A stretch of 64,000 bases of DNA from a virus. Under the pieces are notes generated by a model that saw nothing but the letters and a program-made list of their open reading frames with translations, had not been told where the DNA came from and searched no databases. Below are positions 1 through 10,971 of the stretch, in pieces. The translations under genes and the position numbers were made by a program. The stretch lies in IMG/VR virus record IMGVR_UViG_3300045988_159113, one strand, 5' to 3'. Numbering within the stretch: position 1 is the stretch's first letter; every line of letters begins with the position of its first letter.

Positions 1-2058
1 ATCGCTATCAATACGGAGACGCTCTTTTTCAAGCTGCATCTTTTCTTGGTCGTACTTCTCGATTTGCTTCTGGGCTTGCTACAACTGCTTTTGCATCTGC
101 TGTAGCTGCTGCTGTGATTCTTGCAGCTTCTGTTGTAATTGTTGGATTTGGTTATTTTCCGCCTTCTACTTCTCCATAGCCTACTTTACTTTAATCTTCA
201 AATCCGTCAAACTCTTACTAGTCAACGCTTCAAAAATGATATCCGGCGCTAGGGTCTATGATTGGATAAAGTTCGGAATTACTTGCATCAGCTTCGCCAT
301 ATCTTGCATGACATCTGTGCTGCTGCTTATATGTATATCGTAATCGCTAAGTGTGAAATGTTCAGGGAGAGCAGTGAATACTTTCTGGAATTTATCACCT
401 AGGATAATTGTCCCAGTTAGTCCGTTCTTGTATACTATCTTTGCCTCATTCAGAGCATCTAACAACATCTCGCAAGTCACGAGGTCCATTTGCTGATAGT
501 ACTGTTTGGTTATAGTGAATGAATTGTTTGCACTCAATTTTACATTACTCACTGCGTCCTTCTATTCGATACCGTTCAGTCGCTCCTGGAATACTCCGGT
601 GATACTGGACGCTGTCTCTTCTATGGACTACAAAGCAACCTAGATAGCTTGAATAGCCCCAACTTTTACGGTATCATCAAATCCATTGAAAATTGTATTG
701 ATAGGTGCCTGACCAGCAGCTGCTCGTCCTTCCTGTGAGGTGTCGATCAAGCCAAGGCCTCCCTTCTTATATGCTAGCCATTTCTGTATTCTCTCCGGCC
801 AGTTAACGCCAAGGTTGGTAGGGATAAGGCTTTCATCTATCCAATCACCAACTGTTCCACTGTTGGCAATGATGTTGTCTCTGTAATAATGTAAAAGATT
901 ATATCGATCTTGTAAAGGAACACAAGCCAGAACCAGAGAGTACGGCTGACTCCCTCGGTTTGTGAAATAGACCCCGTTGACTGTCAAGCCACAATAGCTT
1001 GGGTTGTCAATAGAACGCACAGCAGAATCATCTTTGCCTGTTAGGATATAGATGTCATCATTGATTCTAACTGTGCGATATCTGTTCATCACGAAATTCT
1101 TATCGGTTTCTATCCATTCAACCTCATATACAGGGAGCAACTTGTTGTATCTGTTGTTTTGCTCATCTGTTGGATAGCCTGGGATGATAGCCTCCTCTCC
1201 TGCTCTCAATCCTTGAGTAGCTGGAACTCCGTTATGCTCAAAGGTCCTAATGTAAGAGTACGAATAATCAGACGCTGCATCTTCCCATTCCTTTTCTATC
1301 TTCTCAACATCTTCACGCGATAAATCCTGACCGTATTGCATCAAGATCTGTGATTTGGAAAGCCATTTCCTGACAACTACACGGTACGAATCCTTGACAT
1401 ATGGAGATTCCGGATTTCGATCTATAAAGGTGTTTAGAGGATTCAATACTTCTATCTATACATTATTCCTGTTTACGCTCGGCTTTACCCTGTAAAAGCA
1501 ATAGCCAGTGATCAATATATCTAGCAATAACTCGCGGAGCTTTCTCATGATGTCGGTACTTCTCGACTGCATTAAATACTCGATGACATTCTGCGCTGCT
1601 ATCTCGTACTGGCTGGTGAAGTTTGTCTTCACGTCCTATATGATCTTCTGAAGCGCAGTCTCTATATTATGGTCGACAGTATCCTTGCCGTCTATAAATG
1701 AGAGGATATCATTCTTGAGTTTTTTCTGCATGAACTTGTAGACCTACTCGTGAATCTGAATCTATTTCTCCCTTTCCATCGCGCTGATAGTCTTGGAATC
1801 CTTGCAGGAAACCTTCGGCAATACCGGAGTACCAAGATACTCTCCGATCAATACGTCCACGTGTTTCTTAATAAGCGGTATGAATTCAACGGAAGTAGGG
1901 CTTCCTATTCCGAAGTTCTCCTCAAGGTATCTGTACTATTCGGAGTTCATCTTTCCGTTATAGTAGTTATACGCCTTTTGCAAGTCTGTCTTCTCGTACA
2001 CTAGCTCCGTGATGGCGTTGTCTGTACATTCCTGCAAGCGTTCCTGCTCTTTTGTCAT
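1..2058 (-). CDS. portal protein (3' end outside window); TAG read as sense
   Basis: ATG at 2058. Track ORFs 640..1446 and 256..552 are in the same frame and separated only by TAG (in-frame TAG at 1936,1762,1744,1636,1456,640,628,562,256,181). AYNYYNGK near the N-terminus and LQDRYNLLHYYRDNIIANSG are portal-like. Lies downstream of terL. Confidence 0.7.
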
Positions 2059-2084
2059 TATTATAAACTTTTAATATTTATGTC

Positions 2085-2831
2085 CTACTCTCCAACCATC
2101 CGTATTTTAGAATGGTAAGCATTAGGAAATTTCTTTCGTCTCACAAGATCCCACAAGTATTCACTGATAAAACCTTCCAGACGACGCTGCCATTTGATGT
2201 TTCCCTTGAACCAGTTGCCTTTTTTGAATTGTTCATTCATGAAATCCTCAACCTGTTTGTTTCCATCTATTCCAAAATAAGAATCAAACCGTTTGAGAAC
2301 ATCAAAAACAAAATGTGCACCTTCCATGAAATCATCGTGTTTCATAATGAACATGTTGCAATATGAGCATTGCGCATCTTCCAGAAAATCATCATAAACC
2401 GGCAAGTATGACCTGTCCGCTTCTCTTATTGCCAACCTTAAAGGATTAATGAAAATCGAGCTATGATAAACAGATATATTGACCTTGTTCATAAGCCCGG
2501 AGGACCAGGTTTTCGTATACACTGCGCCGTGCTTGTCAACTATATCACGCGCTTTTCCTAGATCTTCCATAAAGTCATCAAAAAACCTTCTGTAATGGCA
2601 GAAGCCGATATATTCAGGTATTAACTCCTCGTGCTCCATGACGTGTTTGATCTGGCAAGCTTCACCATAGCATATATTGTGCTTTTCCGTGAACTCATCA
2701 TTCATATATATAACAGGAGACAAATCATCAAAAACATTCTCATTTTGCGCAGCGATAAAATAGCCATCACTGTGTGGGTGATCTCCTGTTATTGTATTAT
2801 GCGCGCATATGTACATCCTCAAATCATCCAT
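2085..2831 (-). CDS. DUF4422-like glycosyltransferase-family protein
   Basis: Intact 248-aa ORF. Motifs YIGFCHYRRFF, CNMFIMKHDDF and RRLEGFISEYLW match my recollection of the DUF4422 family. No internal TAG. Ends at TAG 2085 with an in-frame TAA 8 codons later (2061). Confidence 0.65.
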   Translation of the reverse strand: MDDLRMYICAHNTITGDHPHSDGYFIAAQNENVFDDLSPVIYMNDEFTEKHNICYGEACQIKHVMEHEELIPEYIGFCHYRRFFDDFMEDLGKARDIVDKHGAVYTKTWSSGLMNKVNISVYHSSIFINPLRLAIREADRSYLPVYDDFLEDAQCSYCNMFIMKHDDFMEGAHFVFDVLKRFDSYFGIDGNKQVEDFMNEQFKKGNWFKGNIKWQRRLEGFISEYLWDLVRRKKFPNAYHSKIRMVGE

Positions 2832-3165
2832 TACTTACTAGATCTTTCTGTCCTATATGGTGTGTGCTGTGGTCTATCGGGCATGGCATATGACGCTCGA
2901 ACATATCGGTCTTGTATCCTGTGTAGAATTTCGTATCAGTCAACCGGCGACCATGAAGCTCTTTTTCTAGATATTCGAGAAACTTATCATCGTCTAGCTG
3001 CGCGCATATATGGAGAGGGTGCTCTGGATCATTCAATCCAAGCACAAGATCAATAGCTCCACCTGGTAATCTGTGAATATTCAAAAGGCCAACATAACAC
3101 TTGCCGTATACTTTAAAAATAGTTTCTAGGATCGCTTGAGCGAACTTGTCCGTAGCTGTAGTCAT
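2824..3165 (-). CDS. hypothetical protein
   Basis: Intact 113-aa ORF with ATG start and TGA stop. No TAG. 8-nt overlap with the downstream gene. Confidence 0.5.
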   Translation of the reverse strand: MTTATDKFAQAILETIFKVYGKCYVGLLNIHRLPGGAIDLVLGLNDPEHPLHICAQLDDDKFLEYLEKELHGRRLTDTKFYTGYKTDMFERHMPCPIDHSTHHIGQKDLVSNG

Positions 3166-4411
3166 TGGTTTGCAAATACATGTTAAAATTAGCCGTCATC
3201 TAGTTATTCTTTTTGATAGGTCCGAAATGTTTGATCCCTCGTTCGTCATAATAATATCCAAAATCAACAAACTCATCGTCTGCTTTTTTCTATGCCTACG
3301 GCGTGATTCCGGACAGCTCTTCATCTGCAAGCTCACATTCTCCCATAGCAGCCACGATATCAAACTTACGTTTGTTTTCGTCAGAGTATCTTGATAACTC
3401 ATCAAGCATTTCCTCAAACCATATATCGTAGCCATAATCAAGGACGAAATCCTTAATCAGGTCTGTCTAATGATCGATAACAGCAGGAGATGCTGGGGAT
3501 CCGTATTGCTACGTTTTACGTCTTGCTATATCTGGATATGTTGCAGATGGGCGTTTCATGAAGTAATTCAAGAGATGCCTATCACGTGCCCATGTCACCA
3601 TGGACATCCTCGTTGCCTCGATGTTAATCTGGCAGTTGTAATACATAGCAAGACCAATAGCTACCTCATAAGCTTCTCGTATATCATCCGGTCTATCTTT
3701 ATATATGGCAACGTATCTAGGCGTGCGATTGCCAAACGTGCGACGCTTGACAACCATACAGAAATCAGACGGATCTTTGTATGTTGATGATGTCTGCAAC
3801 ATACCGATATCAATTCCGTCAATACCGGCGACATATAGGTTGTTTGTTTTCTCTATCAGACCTTGAGACTCACCGTCTCGCTCTTTATCTTCTACCCATA
3901 GTGGATGCTCTAAAATCTTGATCTTGCCATCTTTGCAAGCATTCCATATAACGCTCTAAACATGGGCTCTATCAACCTTGCGCTCTGTATTCTTATACTG
4001 GAAACGTATGGTGCCAATATCAATAGGCGGACATTCATGCATTGCGCGGATGCGTGTGAGCTATTCGGCAATAGTTGCCCTGTTGAATTTATTCTGAACT
4101 CCAGAAGAAAAAGCCTCTGTATCATTGAACGGATACTCTGCACAGTGATCAATGAGTGCAGCAGGATCAGAAGCCATAGCTGCACGAATCTCATTTTGCC
4201 ATTCTACAACAGCGTCAGGATCAACAAATCCTCTATGCGAAAGAAACCGCTTTCTATCTTTTGGTATCTTGGTGCAAGGTATGAAAAAAGAAGTCAACAC
4301 CTCTGCACCGTTTTGCGTGTATCTGTGCCGATGTGGGAGAATACCGTAAACCTCAGGATGGTAAAACATACGCTGTAATCCATCGAGTGATTCCTTGGTG
4401 TCTCCAGATGT
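3113..4411 (-). CDS. terL: terminase large subunit, C-terminal (nuclease) segment
   Basis: Track ORFs 4061..4441 and 3509..3802 share one frame and are joined by TAG codons. Sequence TSGDTKESLDGLQRMFYHPE... through ...YVAGIDGIDIG is terminase-like. The last in-frame TAG is at 3200; the first TAA is at 3113. Confidence 0.65.
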
Positions 4412-4608
4412 CATAATATTTTCGTCAATGCTTTTTATCATTGCTCCTTACGCTTTCACGTAAGATTGGCGTACATTTTCCAGTATTAACTGGTCGGGCA
4501 CTCTTGGAGATATTATTTCAATCTCTACGCTCTACATTTAACAACTCGGTGTCGGCAGTTAAGCGTTCACCGATTTTGCCCGATTTTATACGGGGGCCAT
4601 CTTGGTTA
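4412..4608 (-). other. 197-nt intervening sequence splitting terL (candidate group I intron, or a gap between two terL polypeptides)
   Basis: The upstream terL frame closes at TAA 4606-4608 directly after ...VCGG. Deleting exactly 4412..4608 joins GGT (4609-4611) to ACA (4409-4411) in frame, giving VCGG-TSGDT. The segment starts after a U and ends in G. It contains several short hairpins plus AAGGAG 5 nt before an internal ATG (4441). Confidence 0.4.
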
Positions 4609-5592
4609 ACCTCCGCACACACGTATTCCCCATGACGCATTCATGGGACCAACAAGCGCCGTTGCCTGGATGTATGCCTTAGCAAAATTCTTCCATGAAC
4701 CTACCTCGTCCATGGCAAGAATATCCAAACGGAATCCACGCAACTTGCTTGGGTTATCTGCGACAATGCCGATAATCTAAGACATCCATCCTACCTCGAT
4801 TTTTTGTCCGTTGATTATCTTATAATGAGAGGATCTTTTCCAATCAGTGGAATCTTTCACCTATCGTAATTTAAAAAATCCGCCATCAGTGTTGTCGTTT
4901 AAAAAAGCCAAACAGTTCCAGATCTTACCGATAGTGTTGTCTAAATAGTCAGATCTATGAGTGGCTAACATGTTTATGGAATTTTTGATGCAATTATAGC
5001 TGTTGGCTAGAATTGCTGAAAGCATCTCAGAATAACCTACCTCTCGTGCTTTCATTATCACGGCATTCCTTCTGAGTCTTTTACACATCTCATAATAATG
5101 AAAAAACTCATATTGCCCAGCATAAAAAGCCGGGAAAATAAAAAGACGACCACCACCTGACTTTTCAGTGTTGTCAAGGTCCATAAGCTGGAAATAATTC
5201 AAGAAAAAATAATTGTCACCAGTTATGGTGTAGCCGTTCACGGTCATCCCGTGCTTGCATCGCTTATATTCCTCAAGCCAAAAATCCTGGAATGCTTTCG
5301 TCCCTTTATGGAACTACGTATAGTGTCCAGTTCGCAAGAAAGAATCCCTCGCCTCAGTGAACCAGTCAGGATCGAAATCTAGCCCAGATGTTTTGTTTAT
5401 CGGAATGTATCCAGTAAGCTCATAAGATAGATCAGTATCAAAAAATACGATCTCTTGATCAATAGGTATATCCCACTAGCCTTTGTGCTCGCTTTTTACC
5501 TATTCAACAATTGCATCTTCATCATGAATATCCTTGAGCATTACCTCGTCAACAATTTTCTGTATCTCCTCAGGATATTGTACATTTTTCAT
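4609..5592 (-). CDS. terL: terminase large subunit, N-terminal ATPase segment
   Basis: ATG at 5592. Includes track ORF 4861..5247 extended through in-frame TAGs. Walker-B-like RLDILAMDEVG. The frame differs from the C-terminal segment. Confidence 0.7.
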
Positions 5593-5595
5593 AAA

Positions 5596-6186
5596 TCAAA
5601 AATCACCTTCGGGCATAAACCCGTCTTCTGCTCCTCCTCGTATGGACGAACGTTCCGCCAGCTCCTTCTTTACCTGACTCTCTAATGTTGTCAGAGAATC
5701 ATGAAGCTTGTTCAATGAGTTGATCTCCTGAATCAAATTCTTCACCTAAAACATCGGCTTTCCTGTCAGTTCATCACGCTCCTCAGGATCTATATTGACA
5801 AAATAGTTTGCTATCTTATCAATCGCAAAACGCGCTGACTCTAAGAGTCTAATGCTCCGGTCCTAGTTCTACATCTCCTAAAACTTACGACATGCTTCCC
5901 TAAACACCGGGTCATTAAACTCTTCATCCGTCAGTTGCGAATCTTTGAGCGCCGCCTCATGGCGTTCTCCCTGAGATATGTCGCTATACAAAGAATGCCA
6001 ATGTAAAGCAAGGTAAATATAAGTAAGCTCGCGAAACATACGTAGTCCATATTCACCAGTTGGATCTTCCTTGCACTTATTCCGCTCTGGATCAGCAAGA
6101 TCAGCAAACTCCTTGATCAATAAGATCTCAGGACGGTTGATCTCAATACGATTGTGAGCAGAATCATATACAAAGAAATTGTTCAT
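5596..6186 (-). CDS. hypothetical protein upstream of terL
   Basis: ATG at 6186; track ORF 5878..6186 extended through TAG codons to TGA at 5596 (591 nt, in frame). The position would fit a small terminase subunit, but no motif was seen. Confidence 0.45.
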
Positions 6187-6535
6187 AAATTATTTATATT
6201 TTAGTAGCCTTGTGCTTTTAATCTTCACTGTGCTAAACGAGCTGCAATTTCCTAATTGTACAAGTCATTCAATCTTTAATAGTTGCCGTTTCCGAAAGAC
6301 TTAATTCCGGAGTTAACCTCATATGTATTTTTATCAATAGGTATAGATTTATTGGTTCCGGTCTATTCAAGAGAGTATATTGTATCAGGTACAGTCTCTG
6401 GCACTATTTTCAAATATTCTTTTGATGGATACTTTATTTCTCTCACAAGATTAACTCCTTCATAATAATCTGGGAATAAATCATCTGCATTTTTATTCAA
6501 CGCATTTGCAACATCGTTTCTATGTACATCTTTAA

Positions 6536-7099
6536 TTACTTGCTTCTTAGAAACTGCCTCCTTGTCTGATATATCTCAGCACGGATTCCGTTCATTGCGC
6601 GGGTAACAGCACCCTTCCTCATCTTCTTGCCGCATTTTGCCTTCTGAACTGCCTTCTGCTCTTTCTGCTTACATACGGGACACATAGAACCACCGGCTGC
6701 ATAATATGTCTTGTAATATCCTTCGGGGCATTCACCTTTGAGACTGCGAATAAAATTCAACTTTGCCCCACGACGTGCAGACTGTACTGATGCCTAATCA
6801 ACAACTGCCTGAATCAACTGAGTAGCTGCGCCAGGCTGAGATAACTGAGCAAATGCTTCGGGATTATCATTCTCCAACTCCTCAGCTCCTGCCTCAACGA
6901 GCTCATCACTTGCAGCTATCTACTCCAGAGTCTCTGGTTGTTTGGATATAAGCTGAGCAACCTAACTGACAACGTCCTATATGCTGGTGTCGTTGCCCTA
7001 CTGCTTCTGATATCCATAGAAACCAATGATAGCCTTCTGAAGCATGGCGTCCTGCTGATCTTCCTAAGCAGCGCCGCCTTGTTCGTAATAGTTAATCAT
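6536..7099 (-). CDS. hypothetical protein with C-terminal cysteine cluster
   Basis: ATG at 7099. The N-terminal part is interrupted only by TAG (about 6). The C-terminal part is track ORF 6536..6760 (GECPEG...CPVCKQ). Confidence 0.45.
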
Positions 7100-7118
7100 A
7101 TATTAGTGTTTTATTTTA

Positions 7119-8435
7119 TTAGTTAAAAATTGCATCTCTCCCACTATTTGTTATATTGTAATTTTTGTAGAATTGATTATAGTTTCGTTGTAGTGCATTA
7201 TTATACTCTTCAGTGTCAAGCTTATCTTTACCGAATTGTTTGATAAATGCATCACGGAACTTTGCTGAGTATAATCTGTGCAATTTCATTGAACTTATGC
7301 TTCCTTTAGCATGATATCTCTATCCTTCATCTATTATTGGCTATGCTACCTATTTGCCTACATTAGCCCAGAAATTACTAATGGTTATTTGTGGCTATGG
7401 TTTAGCGTCAGCTTGCATAGACCCATCAGTTCTCCACCATCCCATGTTTCCGTTTTTGTCAAGGTATCTTCCGGTATTATAATATTTTGTGCCATCTTTA
7501 GCAGTTATTTCAGAAGTACCGTCTCCTAGAATTCTTTGACTCCATCCTTGGCCAAATATTCCGTTAAATTTTCGCATAGTCTCATTGCCAAATTTACCAT
7601 CAGCACCAGTTCCTACTAGACCTTGCCATGTAGTCAAATCATTGCCTTGCCAGTTGTATGATGGAGTCCATGCGGATCTCCGACGTGACGCATTACTCTA
7701 TGGCGCTGGCTATGCATTTACCTATGTGTTAGCCGTTTGCTGTTTCCAAGTCGGCTGCAACTTCTGAGCATATGCTGTCATAGCGCCAGGCGTATATCCT
7801 CCCTGATACTATTGAAGCATATTCTAAAAACTCTAAGAGATAGGTGTTTCTGTAGGTTTCTGCCAATTTCCATGGTCCCAATTTGCGCGAGATGCATTTT
7901 GATGTTCTGAAAAATATTCATGAACACGTCTGTTTGCATCGGCTTCAATAGTTCCAGCTTTAAAATTGTTATCACTATACATCCCAGCATTTTGTCGGCC
8001 ATTACGAATCATATCCATAGCATTGCGTCTATTAAACTGCTAGCCGCCAGAGAAATTGCTGGCCATCTGCATATTCGCGCCATTCCAAACAACAGCATCC
8101 TATCCAAGAGCACGTAAATCATTTTTAAGTCTACGCCTCTTACCAAGACCTCTATAACGGCTGCTGTTCAGATTTATAATTTTCTGATTGTTATAGAAAT
8201 CAGGATTCCTATTCTATGACTACTGATCAGCTTGCTGCTCATGGTCGTTTACTGTCCCTTGCTGCTATCCAATAGGCTTGTATGTTTCTGAACCTGTATG
8301 TTCTGGTTTCTATACTGCAGCAGGCTGCCTAGTAAACGACAAAGAAGATGGGTCAACTGTAGACCAATCAGGCATAGTATAGTTTAATGTAGTTCCGTCA
8401 TCACGATACGGTACACCCTTAAAATCTTCAGCCAT
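7119..8435 (-). CDS. hypothetical virion protein with peptidoglycan-binding-like motif
   Basis: ATG at 8435, TAA at 7119 (1317 nt). Joins track ORFs 7833..8018 and 7395..7637 through TAG codons. GADGKFGNETMRKF resembles a PG-binding repeat. Confidence 0.5.
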
Positions 8436-8436
8436 A

Positions 8437-8667
8437 TCACTTTACAAGTTCAAGGTCCTTTGTACTAAACACGCCTTCCTGCAGCTCCTGCTATGTATTG
8501 AACCATATGCACTTGATGCCCTTCAGGCTGTTTCCCTTATCTACGTTTCTTTTGAAAACATTTGTAACCTTTCCGATCACGATCATATCAGGACGATTTT
8601 GAATGTCCTATTTGACCCTTACAACCTGACCAGGAAGGAAATAAATCTTATCTTCCTCATTTAACAT
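8437..8667 (-). CDS. small protein, DUF2158-like
   Basis: ATG at 8667, TGA at 8437, 2 in-frame TAG. FLPGQVVRVK...IKCIWFN...FSTKDLELV resembles the small YodC/DUF2158 pattern. Confidence 0.4.
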
Positions 8668-8673
8668 AATTTT

Positions 8674-9267
8674 TCACTTCTTTTTATTGGACCCATTAAA
8701 ACGTTCAGTGAGTCCTGAGTTTATAACTACCAAAGCGCGTGTCTCATTTACAAGTACGAGTCCCTGCTTGAAGAATGGAACGGGCACCTCGCTGACAACC
8801 GTCCAATAGATAACGTCCCCATCCTTCACATACTTACACTCCGGACCTGCATCGACAACCTCTCCAACATGAATCATAGACTTCTCTTCCTCATATTCTC
8901 CGGTCTCATTCGATTTGTAAGTTGGAGCATATCCGCCAGTGTCAAGAATGATGCCACTGTCGGTCTTCGTGATCCTCTGGAAAGGATTCTGCGAATAAGG
9001 CTTCACCAAAACATAGTTGTAGATTGCCTTGATCTCCATCTTATCAAATTCCTCATTGAACTTTTCCGCGTATTTGCCGACTGCCTTCTCATGGTCCTCG
9101 AGCTTCTTCTGCATGTCGTCAATCTTCTGATTGATCCTTGTAGCAGCTTCTCTTTCCATAATACGATCAGCGTTCTTTCCATTTAACACAAAATGCTTGG
9201 CTGTCTCAATATTTGTAGCCACGCGTGCAAGCTTCTCATTACTATTCATTCCAATTCTCTCGTCCAT
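8674..9267 (-). CDS. GroES/Cpn10-like co-chaperonin domain protein
   Basis: Intact 197-aa ORF. The C-terminal half (YVLVKP...TDSGIILD...GEVVDAGP...VKDGDVIYW) follows the Cpn10 pattern. Confidence 0.5.
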   Translation of the reverse strand: MDERIGMNSNEKLARVATNIETAKHFVLNGKNADRIMEREAATRINQKIDDMQKKLEDHEKAVGKYAEKFNEEFDKMEIKAIYNYVLVKPYSQNPFQRITKTDSGIILDTGGYAPTYKSNETGEYEEEKSMIHVGEVVDAGPECKYVKDGDVIYWTVVSEVPVPFFKQGLVLVNETRALVVINSGLTERFNGSNKKK

Positions 9268-9287
9268 AATTCAAAAATTTTAAAACA

Positions 9288-9521
9288 TTACCATTTATTT
9301 AATTTACATTTCTCATCTTTTACTGTTATCTTACTCTCTATTATACAGCCACACTTTTTGCAAATAAATCCAAAAAGTGGTATATATAGTTTTTGATCGC
9401 ACGAACGGCAAGCCGCGTATCTCTTCCTGGAAAACTCAGGATAAATATGGAATAAGTTCTTGAAATTCCCTTCGAGAATATTCCACATTTTATGAGCGAT
9501 CATCAAAATCATATTCACCAT
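9288..9521 (-). CDS. Cys-rich small protein (paralog of 9515..9778)
   Basis: ATG at 9521 overlaps the upstream stop. CRSC...CKKCGC...C..NKW C-terminus is shared with its neighbour. Confidence 0.4.
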   Translation of the reverse strand: MVNMILMIAHKMWNILEGNFKNLFHIYPEFSRKRYAACRSCDQKLYIPLFGFICKKCGCIIESKITVKDEKCKLNKW

Positions 9522-9778
9522 TTTCCTGCAACACATTCCGCTGTCGAATTACTCCATTTAAATTTTAACATACAACCGCAACCTCTAACAAATCCTTTGC
9601 GTGCTTCAAAAGCAATATCATCATTTTCTGGATTTATCCATAGATTGCTATTACATATTCCTCCATGACTTGAGGAAAATATTGGGCACTTCTCACATAT
9701 CTGTTGCCTAATTTCGATGTAATCTTTGTCTAGTCCAAGCTTCTTACTTACATCTTCATCAAGAAATTTCTCTATCAT
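9515..9778 (-). CDS. Cys-rich small protein
   Basis: Intact 87-aa ORF. CEKCP...C...GCGC...C..GKW. Confidence 0.5.
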   Translation of the reverse strand: MIEKFLDEDVSKKLGLDKDYIEIRQQICEKCPIFSSSHGGICNSNLWINPENDDIAFEARKGFVRGCGCMLKFKWSNSTAECVAGKW

Positions 9779-9781
9779 AAA

Positions 9782-10609
9782 TCAAAAAATTAAAGGTTTC
9801 ATTTTCTGCATAGTGTCTTCATGTTTTAGCTTCTTCTGATAATATGAAATCATATTCTCCACTTCATCCTTCAGATAGTCACACTTGTACATAGTACCAG
9901 CACCTGTTGTTGGATCAATGTGATAGATTATGAGTTCCTTGACTTTTAGCTCTGGTTTTATTTTTGTCAACATCCAGGCATAAGTAGACACTTGTAGTTG
10001 GTACTCGTTAAAATTACAATTGTCAAATTTGTTTAATGGATACAGCATCCGTTGTGTTGTCCTTGTCTGCTGATTATAGGACGCAGCTTTTTTGTTAATC
10101 TTACTGTTAGTTTTGAAGTCAATGACAATGATATCATTGAGATCTTTAACTAGAAGGTCAACTTTACCATTTAGTCGAAAATCACCGTCCTCGTACCTGA
10201 TAGAAAATTCAGAATACGCGCCGCGAGGTAAGTCCAAATCTGAGTAGTCATTCATAAATTCAAACTTACCTCCCAGCCCGAATCGTTCCAGGGTCTGTTT
10301 GCCGCCCTTGAAGGAATCCTCCAGCTGTTTGTGGATGATAGTTCCACGGTCACAGGCGTCTTGTTTGCTTTTCTGCCACTGATCAAGTATATTCTGCTTT
10401 TCCCGATTGAAGTCTGTTTCATTTATATCATACAACATCAACAGGTCCGTGTCTATCTTATGTTTAGAAAGTACCGATTTTTTTTCAACCTACCATCTGT
10501 CTTTTGGTATCAATCTCTCGAGTGCTTTTACTCCACTCCAAAACTCCTTATCGAAGGGCGCTACAAATGAGTGAATTAAATCGGTTACATTTATATTATG
10601 TGTAGACAT
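9782..10609 (-). CDS. PD-(D/E)XK (Cas4/RecB-like) nuclease
   Basis: ATG at 10609, one in-frame TAG, then track ORF 9782..10441. Motifs GTIIHKQLE, GKVDLLV...IVIDFKT and LQVSTYAWML. Confidence 0.55.
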
Positions 10610-10645
10610 TTTTCCGTTCTCCATTTAAACATTCAACATTATAAT

Positions 10646-10879
10646 TTAATCTTTGGATGACTTACTCTGAAACTCTAACAGTTTAGATTTGTATGAGTAA
10701 TCCATACCAATTAAGGAACCAGCGAAAGTACACGTTTCACCAAATGCTATAAGTACCGAAGAGTGAATCACGCCCATTGGTGGAACTGTAAATCCAGCGA
10801 CAAGAAGCAACAGTCCAGCGGTCAATATTACAGAAGCCATGCGGAGCTGAAATCTTAGCTTCCTTTCTTTCTGATTCAT
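10646..10879 (-). CDS. small membrane protein (two hydrophobic helices)
   Basis: Intact 77-aa ORF with two hydrophobic stretches. Confidence 0.45.
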   Translation of the reverse strand: MNQKERKLRFQLRMASVILTAGLLLLVAGFTVPPMGVIHSSVLIAFGETCTFAGSLIGMDYSYKSKLLEFQSKSSKD

Positions 10880-10935
10880 ATGAAACTTAATTTTTAAAAA
10901 TTGACATATATCTTGATTGGTTTATATTCTACGCA

Positions 10936-10956
10936 ATAATACTATTATTGTTACAT
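10936..10956. promoter_or_regulatory. near-palindromic divergent late promoter box
   Basis: CAATAATACTATTATTGTTAC reads TAnTATTATTG on both strands. It lies between divergent genes starting at 10879 (-) and 10972 (+). Confidence 0.45.
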
Positions 10957-10971
10957 AAAATAGCAGCAATT

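Noticed and set aside
6596-6604. Possible frameshift at a G-run inside 6536..7099.
   Set aside because: My manual count of the G-run disagreed by one nucleotide with the continuous ORF in the supplied track. I trust the computed track and treat this as my own reading error.
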